A DNA stretch of 25,431 nt from a virus (Duplodnaviria > Caudoviricetes), in the IMG/VR virus record IMGVR_UViG_3300012919_001529, positions 1-25,431 of that record. One strand, given 5' to 3'. How positions within the stretch are numbered: the first letter of the stretch is position 1; each line of letters begins with the position of its first letter. Of this stretch, positions 1-7,418 are shown piece by piece. Under the pieces are notes generated by a model. The model saw only the letters and a list, made by a program, of their open reading frames with translations, had not been told where the DNA came from and made no database searches. The translations under genes and the position numbers were made by a program.

Positions 1-159
1 AATGATGTCACATATTTGTATGAAGTAGTCTACGAAACGTAGTCGAAGGATGATTTGAGTTTCCTCGGCGAGCCTTTGCGTGTATTCTTCTTTGCCTGGA
101 CAGTGCCTAATGAATCTATCGTACAGCCTTGTTATGTCGTTCAGTTCTTTGTCTTTCAT
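1..159 (-). CDS. DNA polymerase III alpha (DnaE)-like protein, N-terminal part, truncated by the window edge
   Basis: Not in the ORF track. Manual translation from ATG at 159 is open to position 1: MKDKELNDITRLYDRFIRHCPGKEEYTQRLAEETQIILRLRFVDYFIQICDII. It matches the DnaE 'Y..RL..E...I....F..YF..V.D.I' segment that precedes the GRGS motif. Confidence 0.75.
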   Translation of the reverse strand, partial: MKDKELNDITRLYDRFIRHCPGKEEYTQRLAEETQIILRLRFVDYFIQICDII

Positions 160-202
160 TTGCCTATGCTTTTATATTTGCCTGTGTTGCCTTGAGCAAA
201 TA

Positions 203-210
203 TATTTATC
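203..210 (-). promoter_or_regulatory. T4 late-promoter-like element GATAAATA upstream of the DnaE-like ORF
   Basis: 7/8 match to TATAAATA in the intergenic gap between the nth stop (222) and ATG 159. Confidence 0.4.
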
Positions 211-221
211 TGCGTATATTA

Positions 222-902
222 TTATGAGTTAAGATTTTGGCGAAGTTTGCTTTTTGGAATATCTATATCTCGCTTGTCGCAGGCGGCACTAATGACACAT
301 GGGTCACATTCCGGAGATCTAGATCTACAAACTTTTTTAGCATGGGTAATGAGCCACATGTGTGCTCCGTACTTGTATTTGCTGGGAGTGGTTTTGTTGA
401 CAGTGATAGATGCCTTGCCCTCGTCTAGGCTGTCAGCCCATCCAAGTCTCCACAACATTCTAAACACATGAGTATCTACCGCTATGTGTGGTTCACCGAA
501 TACAAATCTCATCACTATATCAGAACTCTTCCGACCAACACCCGGCAAGGACATCAATTCTTTTTGTGTGCTAGGAACTCGCCCGTTAAATTTTTCAATA
601 AGCATCTTACTAGTTGCCAGTATGTTTTTAGACTTTGCGTTGAACAGTCCTGCGGGTCTTATTGCCTCTATGATTTCTTCTTGAGAAAGTTTCAGCATTT
701 CCTCTGGAGTGTTTGCTAATGCAAAAAGTTGTCTACAAGCAATCGCTGTTCTTCTATCTTGTGACTGTGCTGACAACATCACACCTATTAGGCTGGTGTA
801 TGCCTTAGAATATATTTTTGCTTTTGGCTTCTTATTAGAATAACTTGGATAGAGAGAACTTAACTTCTCGTATATGTAGTTGATATCATTATTGTTCTTC
901 AT
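222..902 (-). CDS. nth: Endonuclease III (HhH-GPD DNA glycosylase/AP lyase with 4Fe-4S cluster)
   Basis: LSAQ, HhH motif LPGVGRKSS (catalytic K), VDTHV (catalytic D), C-x6-C-x2-C-x5-C cluster motif. Start at ATG 902 preferred; the track starts at 917. Confidence 0.93.
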   Translation of the reverse strand: MKNNNDINYIYEKLSSLYPSYSNKKPKAKIYSKAYTSLIGVMLSAQSQDRRTAIACRQLFALANTPEEMLKLSQEEIIEAIRPAGLFNAKSKNILATSKMLIEKFNGRVPSTQKELMSLPGVGRKSSDIVMRFVFGEPHIAVDTHVFRMLWRLGWADSLDEGKASITVNKTTPSKYKYGAHMWLITHAKKVCRSRSPECDPCVISAACDKRDIDIPKSKLRQNLNS

Positions 903-2331
903 CTGAGTGCAGTTCATTTAAGAGTTGTCTCAGTTTGCCGCCCTCAACTGTGGCTTTGACTTTTCCTATTGTATCTCCTTTACGAGGATCTGGCACATCT
1001 GGTCTGGCATCTTTTTTAGGACCATCCGATGCTGATACTTTCGATGTTTGCTTCAGTGAATCATATATCGTGCTTCTCTGTTTGTCAAACTGCTTGTACT
1101 CTGGATCATCTGCTAGATCTCTTATTCTCAAACTGTCCACGTCAAATTCTAGGTCCACTTTCTGTCCTACACCAGAACTAGATCTAGTCTTCATGAACTG
1201 TATCTGATATCTGCCACGTTCTTTCATGGCTCTGCTTGTGAATATACCTATCACGTTATCTGCTGTCTGTATCTTGGACAGTCCACCTGATATGTGAGAG
1301 TGATCAAACTCTATTTCTTCTACAGATGCCCTGTTCAACTGAGATGCTGTCGCCAATATGCATTGTTTTTCAACAACCAAGTTCCTCAGTTCTTCTGACA
1401 CATACTTGTCTTTGATGAACAAGTCTGCCGGCGAAATCCTCTTGCTTTTCGGCATCATCAAATCCAGATAGTCAATCAGTATACAATCTATTTTCTTTTT
1501 GTTTTTCAGTTCTAACTCTTTTAGATATGTCCTTATGTCCAAAACAGTGCTACCACTTGGTAGATATTTTATCTGTAAGGTTCCAGACTTCTTAGCCATC
1601 ATTTTGACTTTCATCTCCACATTGTCTATTTCAGGAAATACTTTACGTGTTGGAATGTTAGTCATCATGGCATCCAATCTCATAGCAGTAAGTTGTTCAC
1701 TCAATTCAAAAGATATGTAACAAACGTTCAGACCAACAGTGGCCCAGTTAACTGCAAGATTCTGCAAGAACAAACTCTTACCTGCGCCTGATCCACCTGC
1801 AAAGATGTTTAGTTCTCCTCGGTTAAATCCACCGAATAGTTTCTTGTCTAAGTTAGCCCAGCCAGTGCTGATCTGTCCGTTGTTTGCCTTGAGTGCCTCT
1901 AGTCTTCCTTTCGGATCCTCAAAGTAGTCTGTACCTAGGTCACGAGTCAACCCTACATTGACAGCATTTTTGACCATGTCTTCGACCGGAGCATAGTCTC
2001 CCTTCTCCAACAAGTCTGCTGATTGTAGTATTGCATGTTCAAGTGCCTTGTGCCTAGAAAATGTTTCAAATTCATCTAGCAACCAATTGAAATGACTTGG
2101 ATCTAGGTCTTTTGCTGACTTTAGTTTGATATCAAATTTTGCATTTACTTGCTCGACTTCAGGCATCACCTTATACTCGTCCATGTAGTCTTTTATGAAC
2201 TTTGCAATGGGTTGTAGTTTCCTGTCAAACGATTCTGGTTTGAATATGTTCTGTGCCCTGGCAAACGATTCTGCATCTGCTAGTAGCATCTCCATATAAA
2301 GTTTTTGTACATCAAATGTATATTCAGCCAT
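889..2331 (-). CDS. Replicative DNA helicase, T4 gp41/DnaB-like (SF4)
   Basis: Walker A GGSGAGKS, YISFEL, Walker B ILIDYLD, TASQLNR, K-TR arginine-finger region; near primase. Confidence 0.93.
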   Translation of the reverse strand: MAEYTFDVQKLYMEMLLADAESFARAQNIFKPESFDRKLQPIAKFIKDYMDEYKVMPEVEQVNAKFDIKLKSAKDLDPSHFNWLLDEFETFSRHKALEHAILQSADLLEKGDYAPVEDMVKNAVNVGLTRDLGTDYFEDPKGRLEALKANNGQISTGWANLDKKLFGGFNRGELNIFAGGSGAGKSLFLQNLAVNWATVGLNVCYISFELSEQLTAMRLDAMMTNIPTRKVFPEIDNVEMKVKMMAKKSGTLQIKYLPSGSTVLDIRTYLKELELKNKKKIDCILIDYLDLMMPKSKRISPADLFIKDKYVSEELRNLVVEKQCILATASQLNRASVEEIEFDHSHISGGLSKIQTADNVIGIFTSRAMKERGRYQIQFMKTRSSSGVGQKVDLEFDVDSLRIRDLADDPEYKQFDKQRSTIYDSLKQTSKVSASDGPKKDARPDVPDPRKGDTIGKVKATVEGGKLRQLLNELHSDEEQ

Positions 2332-2932
2332 TCAATTCCTCTTTGTCTTGGTTCAAAAACATCACAAGTGCTTTCTTTTTATCAAGTTTATTCTTTTTAA
2401 AATTATCGCTGGCATGTAATAATTTTCTGTGCCAGCAAATAAGTGAACCACGTTTCCACTTGTAACTTGACAGTAATGAAACCCTTTGTAACTTTTTATC
2501 ATTGCAATGGTCCAATATGGCAAGTGTCTGAGTATCCAATTTGTTTTCACTTTCAGGTAATTGAAATATTTCCTCTCTATTCTTTGCTTCTTCGTTGAAG
2601 ACCACAGTGTGGGTGTCCTTGCCGTCGTATTCAAGTGGTATAAGACACGCATAGTATGGATGGGTGTCTCCCTTGTTAAAATCAGTGTGTATGTCCCATG
2701 GTTTTGTTTCTTCGAGTATCATACAGTCTTTCACATTAAACTCACCAAAAATATTTTTAAGTTTTTCGTCTACAATCTTTTTTATGAGAGAATAGTTGAA
2801 TCCGCTAGTGAAGGTTTGTTTTTCATCATTATTCATCTGCTTAGGTATTTTGTTGCTTATGATATCGATGTGCATAAGTTCTTTTTCACTTAAGAAGTTT
2901 TCTATCGTAAATGCTTTTTGCGGACTATCCAT
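2324..2932 (-). CDS. Putative 2OG-Fe(II) oxygenase
   Basis: N-terminal IENFLS, HTD metal motif, LIPL strand, distal G...W....LHAS motif. Confidence 0.65.
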   Translation of the reverse strand: MDSPQKAFTIENFLSEKELMHIDIISNKIPKQMNNDEKQTFTSGFNYSLIKKIVDEKLKNIFGEFNVKDCMILEETKPWDIHTDFNKGDTHPYYACLIPLEYDGKDTHTVVFNEEAKNREEIFQLPESENKLDTQTLAILDHCNDKKLQRVSLLSSYKWKRGSLICWHRKLLHASDNFKKNKLDKKKALVMFLNQDKEELNG

Positions 2933-3938
2933 ACATTTTTCTTTTTAAATCAATTTTCAGTTTACTAGATTCTGTTGTTTTCAATATCGATTGTATAGTA
3001 AACAGTCTCCCATATTTTAACACAGCGTCCGCCACATCGCCAACCGATTTGTCCCATTCTGGAAATGCAACACTCCAGCCAAACTCTATTGCTTGATTAA
3101 TCAATTTCTCTCCAGGTGCGTCTCGGTCCGGCACAACAATTACCTTTCTACCAAGTCCGTCTATGAGCTCTCGCTGTATGTCATTTATCTCTGAACCCAG
3201 TATGCTCACACCAGAAACGGATATGGCATCGAATGGTCCTTCTGTTACAATAACAAACTTCCTTGTCCAATCCTGTGCGTCCATGTTGAACACATATCCG
3301 GGTTGTACGTCTGTGTAGTATTTGACTTTGTCGGATTGCTCAAACATTCTACCCGTGAATCCAACAACATCTCCTCTCCAGTAAAAAGGTATCAGCAATC
3401 TTTTATTCACGTCCCAGTGCTGGTCCGGAGAATACATAAAGTCATACCATTCCGGTCCGATGCCTCTGCTTTCCAAATACTTCAGCACTGCGTCTATTTT
3501 TTCCCACTGTGGTTCTGTAAGATCTTTTGCCACGTATTTTTCAAGCCACACATCAAGTTTGTGTGCGTTCTTGGGCAGTGTTTTATTTTTGAATGTTACA
3601 AATTTTTTCTTCTCATATTTTACATCACCCTCTTCTTCACGCATGGCCTCTATTGCCAACTTGCGGATAGTGTCGTCTGGTATTCCTATGTAACCCATGA
3701 ACTGCCTCATCTTGTAAGTCAATTTACGTCCTATCACATAACTTGCCTTGAATCCACAGTTGAAACAATGATAACTTACGGTTCCGTCGGCACTTGCCAT
3801 AATACCGCCACGTTTTTTCTTGTCGGCTGTTTCACCATTGTGTACGCAACACGGGGCATTGAAAGATATCCACCCACTCGGAGTTTTCTTTCTGTTCGTT
3901 GGAAGGCTCGTCAGAATAGTAGATTGGATCAGGTTCAT
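2925..3938 (-). CDS. DNA primase (gp61/DnaG-like; Zn finger plus TOPRIM)
   Basis: CCVH...HCFNC zinc-binding domain, YLESRG, IPF...G...GR, TOPRIM EGPFD and PDRD, terminal DVAD. Confidence 0.9.
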   Translation of the reverse strand: MNLIQSTILTSLPTNRKKTPSGWISFNAPCCVHNGETADKKKRGGIMASADGTVSYHCFNCGFKASYVIGRKLTYKMRQFMGYIGIPDDTIRKLAIEAMREEEGDVKYEKKKFVTFKNKTLPKNAHKLDVWLEKYVAKDLTEPQWEKIDAVLKYLESRGIGPEWYDFMYSPDQHWDVNKRLLIPFYWRGDVVGFTGRMFEQSDKVKYYTDVQPGYVFNMDAQDWTRKFVIVTEGPFDAISVSGVSILGSEINDIQRELIDGLGRKVIVVPDRDAPGEKLINQAIEFGWSVAFPEWDKSVGDVADAVLKYGRLFTIQSILKTTESSKLKIDLKRKMYG

Positions 3939-3944
3939 CCTTAT

Positions 3945-3973
3945 ATTTTACTGTCTATAAAGTATTTTGTCAA
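3945..3973 (-). promoter_or_regulatory. Sigma70-type promoter TTGACA-17-TAAAAT upstream of primase
   Basis: Perfect -35 at 3973-3968, 17-bp spacer, -10 at 3950-3945; embedded in the 3' end of the upstream gene. Confidence 0.65.
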
Positions 3974-4727
3974 TACGGCCTGTTGTACCGGTGGATCTTA
4001 CCGCTTTGAATCTCACGTTTTGGTAAACGCCTGTGAAGTTCACATATGAAACACTTGATGAACTTGATAGATTTGATGTGGTAATATCAAAATAATCATT
4101 ATCTGTGCTTGGACTAGATTCCATGGTACCCTGTACAGTTACCGTGCCTGAGAAGTCTCTAGGATAAATTGCAATGGTATGTAAAGCAGTATTGTTGTTG
4201 ATGCCCGGTCTTCCAGTTATGGCACCCGATGTGAATGTGTCACTAGAAAGTGTGAAAGCAGTCACCGATGTGCTATCGGCAAACTGTGCATAGGCTCCGT
4301 CTAGCACTTCTATTGTGCCAGCGGCAACGTATCCTGTGTCCGAATAAGTCACTTCCGGATTGTCCGCATCTGTGACATCGCTCACTGAATAATTGTAAAA
4401 TTTAGCATCAAGTTTCAATAAATCGCCTTCACTAATTGTGCAACTTGCGGTTCCCTTTGCACTAGTTGTGGACCCATCATCTAGTATCGTAAGACTTTTT
4501 GTTAATGCATTTTTCTTGGACTGTGTGTCAACAACATTTAGGGTGTATTTTTTGCTAGATATGTCCTGTGGCTTCTGATCTTCATTCTTGAACGTGAATG
4601 AGACAGGATTTGATACCCCTCTATGTAATGTTAGACGCCTATCGTACACTTTTGAGTTCCTTCCGTGATAACCGGAAATATAACCAATTACCAACTGGTT
4701 TAGTAAATACCTTTGTATTGTTTGCAT
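3948..4727 (-). CDS. Hypothetical protein, probable virion structural (beta-rich, BppU-like Ig-fold) protein
   Basis: 259 aa, S/T/G-rich, alternating beta-strand pattern, preceded by late-promoter-like TAAATA motifs; fold call is inference. Confidence 0.5.
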   Translation of the reverse strand: MQTIQRYLLNQLVIGYISGYHGRNSKVYDRRLTLHRGVSNPVSFTFKNEDQKPQDISSKKYTLNVVDTQSKKNALTKSLTILDDGSTTSAKGTASCTISEGDLLKLDAKFYNYSVSDVTDADNPEVTYSDTGYVAAGTIEVLDGAYAQFADSTSVTAFTLSSDTFTSGAITGRPGINNNTALHTIAIYPRDFSGTVTVQGTMESSPSTDNDYFDITTSNLSSSSSVSYVNFTGVYQNVRFKAVRSTGTTGRIDKILYRQ

Positions 4728-4733
4728 AGTACA

Positions 4734-4751
4734 TATTTAACAATATTTATG
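4734..4751 (-). promoter_or_regulatory. Tandem T4 late-like motifs (CATAAATA, GTTAAATA)
   Basis: Two TAAATA cores 10 bp apart directly upstream of ATG 4727. Confidence 0.45.
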
Positions 4752-4759
4752 GATAGTGA

Positions 4760-5134
4760 ATGAACGAAATTTTTAACACACTCAGGGACAAGTTCCCCTT
4801 TTTAAGCCTAATTAGAAAGGGTGATATGGAGTTTGTTGGCATTATACAAAATGAAGATGCCAATGTGATCAGTTTCTATGACTATGGTAGATTGATGTTG
4901 CCCCAAGACAAGATGAGATATCTTAAATGCGGTGAAACTTGGTGGCACGAATCAAATCGTAAACTACCTATTAACATATTCCTCAAAGGTGAGTTCAGAT
5001 ATTTTAGGTCAACATTGGTTACTTTAAATTCAAAAGATGTTGAAATAGTTCACGGACCCACAGTGAAACTTTCTGAAATTTCGAAGAAACGGGTGAAAAG
5101 GAAGACTATCCAATTAGTAAGACGACCTATCTAG
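4760..5134 (+). CDS. Hypothetical phage protein
   Basis: 124-aa ORF filling the gap, protein-like composition (FPFLS, GIIQN, WWHESNRKLPINIFL), basic C-terminus. Confidence 0.8.
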   Translation: MNEIFNTLRDKFPFLSLIRKGDMEFVGIIQNEDANVISFYDYGRLMLPQDKMRYLKCGETWWHESNRKLPINIFLKGEFRYFRSTLVTLNSKDVEIVHGPTVKLSEISKKRVKRKTIQLVRRPI

Positions 5135-5288
5135 TCTTCTTTTTTTCAGGGAGTATAGCACCTGTTGTAAGATAGTGTAATGTTAAAGGACTATCCGGCT
5201 GATAACTGCCACACTCTGAACGTTTTGAAGATTTGGATTTTCTAGTTCGTCTTTTGATGATTTTACTTTTACTTTTTTGATGTTGCAT
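5127..5288 (-). CDS. Small basic hypothetical protein (53 aa)
   Basis: Below the track cutoff. MQHQKSKSKIIKRRTRKSKSSKRSECGSYQPDSPLTLHYLTTGAILPEKKKTR; start overlaps the end of mini-DnaE and the ORF fills the otherwise empty 5135-5268 gap. Confidence 0.5.
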   Translation of the reverse strand: MQHQKSKSKIIKRRTRKSKSSKRSECGSYQPDSPLTLHYLTTGAILPEKKKTR

Positions 5289-5859
5289 CAAAACTATATT
5301 TAGCTCTGCTCATCAGATTCATCTGCACAACTATTGCCTGGGCGTATGCAACTGCGTGTGACTTCTTGAAAAAATAACTTCCGTCCTTTGGTTTTACCCA
5401 CACTTCTTTCATTATGTCCACCCAGTTCTTGTACATCAGTCCTCTTTTTGCAGGACGTATTATTGCCAATACAGCCGCAAGTTGTTCTATGTTTTTTGGT
5501 TCGAGACTCGAAACTATCTTGAAATGTCCGTTGAGGTGGAATAAGTTTTCTACAACCTTTGGATCTTTCAGCATGTCCCAGTCCGGCTCTTGTATCATCA
5601 GTTCAACAAGTTCCTGTTCTGATTTTACATCCTTGTAGATGTTTACGTTTAGGCAGTCTATCTTGAAATATCCTCTGTCCTCCGCGTTCTTGTAATCCAG
5701 TGAAGCGTGTCCGGTCACAGGATGTTCTGGAACAGCATGGAAGTATACACCAGTCTTGTGCTTTTCCGTTTTTCCCTCTTTTATCATTGTGGCAGGAGTG
5801 TGTTTGAACAATTTTAAAACTCCGTCCCTATCGAAAAAGTCTATGTCTACATCAGGCAT
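5269..5859 (-). CDS. Miniature DNA polymerase III alpha (DnaE)-like catalytic core
   Basis: Ordered DnaE motifs: PDVDIDF, KHKTGVY, GYFKIDCL, LFHL, QLAAVLAIIRP, YFFKKSHAVAYA. Confidence 0.88.
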   Translation of the reverse strand: MPDVDIDFFDRDGVLKLFKHTPATMIKEGKTEKHKTGVYFHAVPEHPVTGHASLDYKNAEDRGYFKIDCLNVNIYKDVKSEQELVELMIQEPDWDMLKDPKVVENLFHLNGHFKIVSSLEPKNIEQLAAVLAIIRPAKRGLMYKNWVDIMKEVWVKPKDGSYFFKKSHAVAYAQAIVVQMNLMSRAKYSFDATSKK

Positions 5860-6092
5860 TAGTGAATGCTTCCTTTCTCTTGTTGTCTGTGTTTTATAAA
5901 CTTATCTTTGGCTCCAGGTTGCAAGACGTCTAGCACATCTAATAACTTTCTGTATCCTTCTGTGTTTACAATTTCTTCTGTCATCTTTGGCATTATTACT
6001 CTACCTATTGAGCCATCTTGTTTTATTATGATCGCACAGTCACCGTCGTCAAACTCTAATGTGTCTGCTATTTCCAAATCTATCTTAGACAA
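5859..6092 (-). CDS. Hypothetical protein (77 aa)
   Basis: GGAGG SD upstream; overlaps both neighbours (TAATG junction with mini-DnaE). Confidence 0.7.
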   Translation of the reverse strand: MSKIDLEIADTLEFDDGDCAIIIKQDGSIGRVIMPKMTEEIVNTEGYRKLLDVLDVLQPGAKDKFIKHRQQEKGSIH

Positions 6093-6771
6093 TCTTGGCC
6101 TCCTTCGCAGTTTCTTCTACCAGTAGCAAGTCAGCCGGATAACTTTTCATTTTGCTAGGCCAGAAACTTGGATTTATGAAAATTTCAATCATTTGCAGTT
6201 GTTCGTCGTTGAATGATTTTAACATCCTTTTGCCTGCGTTGCAACCTAGTAGTAACCACGGACTTATTTTTCCTTGCTGTATGTGTTGGACTGCTCTGTT
6301 TGTATTGACCAATCTAAAGTAGTCCGACCATTGTGCATTTTGTTCTTCTGCCCAATCCATCATGGTCGTAATACTTCTTTGCAGTGCGGCCTCTACAGGT
6401 TCGCTTTTGATTGCTTCAATAAGATATGTTTCATACAGGTCATCCCTTGCCCAGTGATCCAGTTTTATTTTAGATTTCAAAACAAAATCTATGTATTTGT
6501 CCGGGTACAGTGGATTGATATGCATGATGAATCGACCAAATTTTACAAACGCATTGTAGTAAGGACTTTTTACAAAGTCGTCGTATGTCTTTGCTTTTGA
6601 ATTTTTTTGATGTATTTGATAGAAACGCTGGAATACCATGAACGCATTCACTACCCATTTCTCATCTTTTTGCAGGTATCTTCTTTTTGGCTCACACATA
6701 TGAACTTGTAAAGTTCTTTCTCTTGTGAACTCCTTACCGCAATAAGGACATTTATATTTTGTCAATGCCAT
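6085..6771 (-). CDS. Hypothetical protein with N-terminal C2H2/C2HC-type zinc finger
   Basis: YKCPYCGKEFTRERTLQVHMC at the N-terminus; in operon. Confidence 0.75.
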   Translation of the reverse strand: MALTKYKCPYCGKEFTRERTLQVHMCEPKRRYLQKDEKWVVNAFMVFQRFYQIHQKNSKAKTYDDFVKSPYYNAFVKFGRFIMHINPLYPDKYIDFVLKSKIKLDHWARDDLYETYLIEAIKSEPVEAALQRSITTMMDWAEEQNAQWSDYFRLVNTNRAVQHIQQGKISPWLLLGCNAGKRMLKSFNDEQLQMIEIFINPSFWPSKMKSYPADLLLVEETAKEAKIV

Positions 6772-7207
6772 GTGCCTCCAGTAACTCTTCTAGTTCTCGG
6801 TCTGATATCACTTTGTCAAGTGTTTCTAAGTCTGACTCTTTCCAGGTAGGATATATTTGTTGTAGTTTCTTTAAACTCTTGTTTGGAACACGCTTCATTG
6901 GTTTGATCCATGGGTGGAATTGTTGTTGCAAAGTTCCACACATCGCAGTGAGTATCCAAAGTAACTTTTTATGTTTGCCCAAAGTAAAACAGTGTTTGTT
7001 CACACATTCGTTGACCATTTCTACGTAGTGTTCAACATAGAATGGATCTCTAGATGAACAACTTGACACATATCTCATAAGCATATACGGTGAGTACAAT
7101 GATTTTTCTTTGTCGTCGATACGATCGAAGTAATCCTTATTCCTAAAGTCCACGGCCTTCAAGCCATTCCTTAATTCAAAAAATTTTCTATTTTTTTCTG
7201 CTGGCAT
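6752..7207 (-). CDS. Clamp-loader small subunit, gp62-like
   Basis: YSPYMLMRYVS, EMVNE, HKKL, FHPWIK, LQQIYP pattern and 151-aa size resemble T4-type gp62. Confidence 0.65.
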   Translation of the reverse strand: MPAEKNRKFFELRNGLKAVDFRNKDYFDRIDDKEKSLYSPYMLMRYVSSCSSRDPFYVEHYVEMVNECVNKHCFTLGKHKKLLWILTAMCGTLQQQFHPWIKPMKRVPNKSLKKLQQIYPTWKESDLETLDKVISDRELEELLEAHGIDKI

Positions 7208-7418
7208 ATTTTAATCCAAACATTGTGCATTCTTTTGCATCAACAAATGTTAATTTTAATTTATTATTCAAATGTTTCATACCCGAAAGTTTAAATTTGT
7301 TCTTGTTCATCCATCCAAAAAAATCCCTCACCCATGCTTCGTCCATCCAAATTGCTTTCTTCTGTACTAACATAACCGGAGCATCTATTTTGATACTTTT
7401 TTTACCATACCGAGCCAT
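7188..7418 (-). CDS. Hypothetical protein (76 aa)
   Basis: Start moved to ATG 7418 (MARYGKK) to minimise overlap; C-terminal F.D...CTMFGLKY is typical of small phage proteins. Confidence 0.65.
   Translation of the reverse strand: MARYGKKSIKIDAPVMLVQKKAIWMDEAWVRDFFGWMNKNKFKLSGMKHLNNKLKLTFVDAKECTMFGLKYASRKK

Noticed and set aside
3303-4049. 248-aa plus-strand ORF
   Set aside because: Antisense shadow of primase; no motifs and atypical composition
5269-5859. Calling mini-DnaE a pseudogene
   Set aside because: Clean start and stop, operon coupling, and selective retention of all catalytic motifs
5859-6092. Frameshift or fusion of the 77-aa ORF with mini-DnaE to restore a longer polymerase
   Set aside because: The 77-aa ORF has no RGS or other DnaE motif, and the junction is an ordinary TAATG coupling
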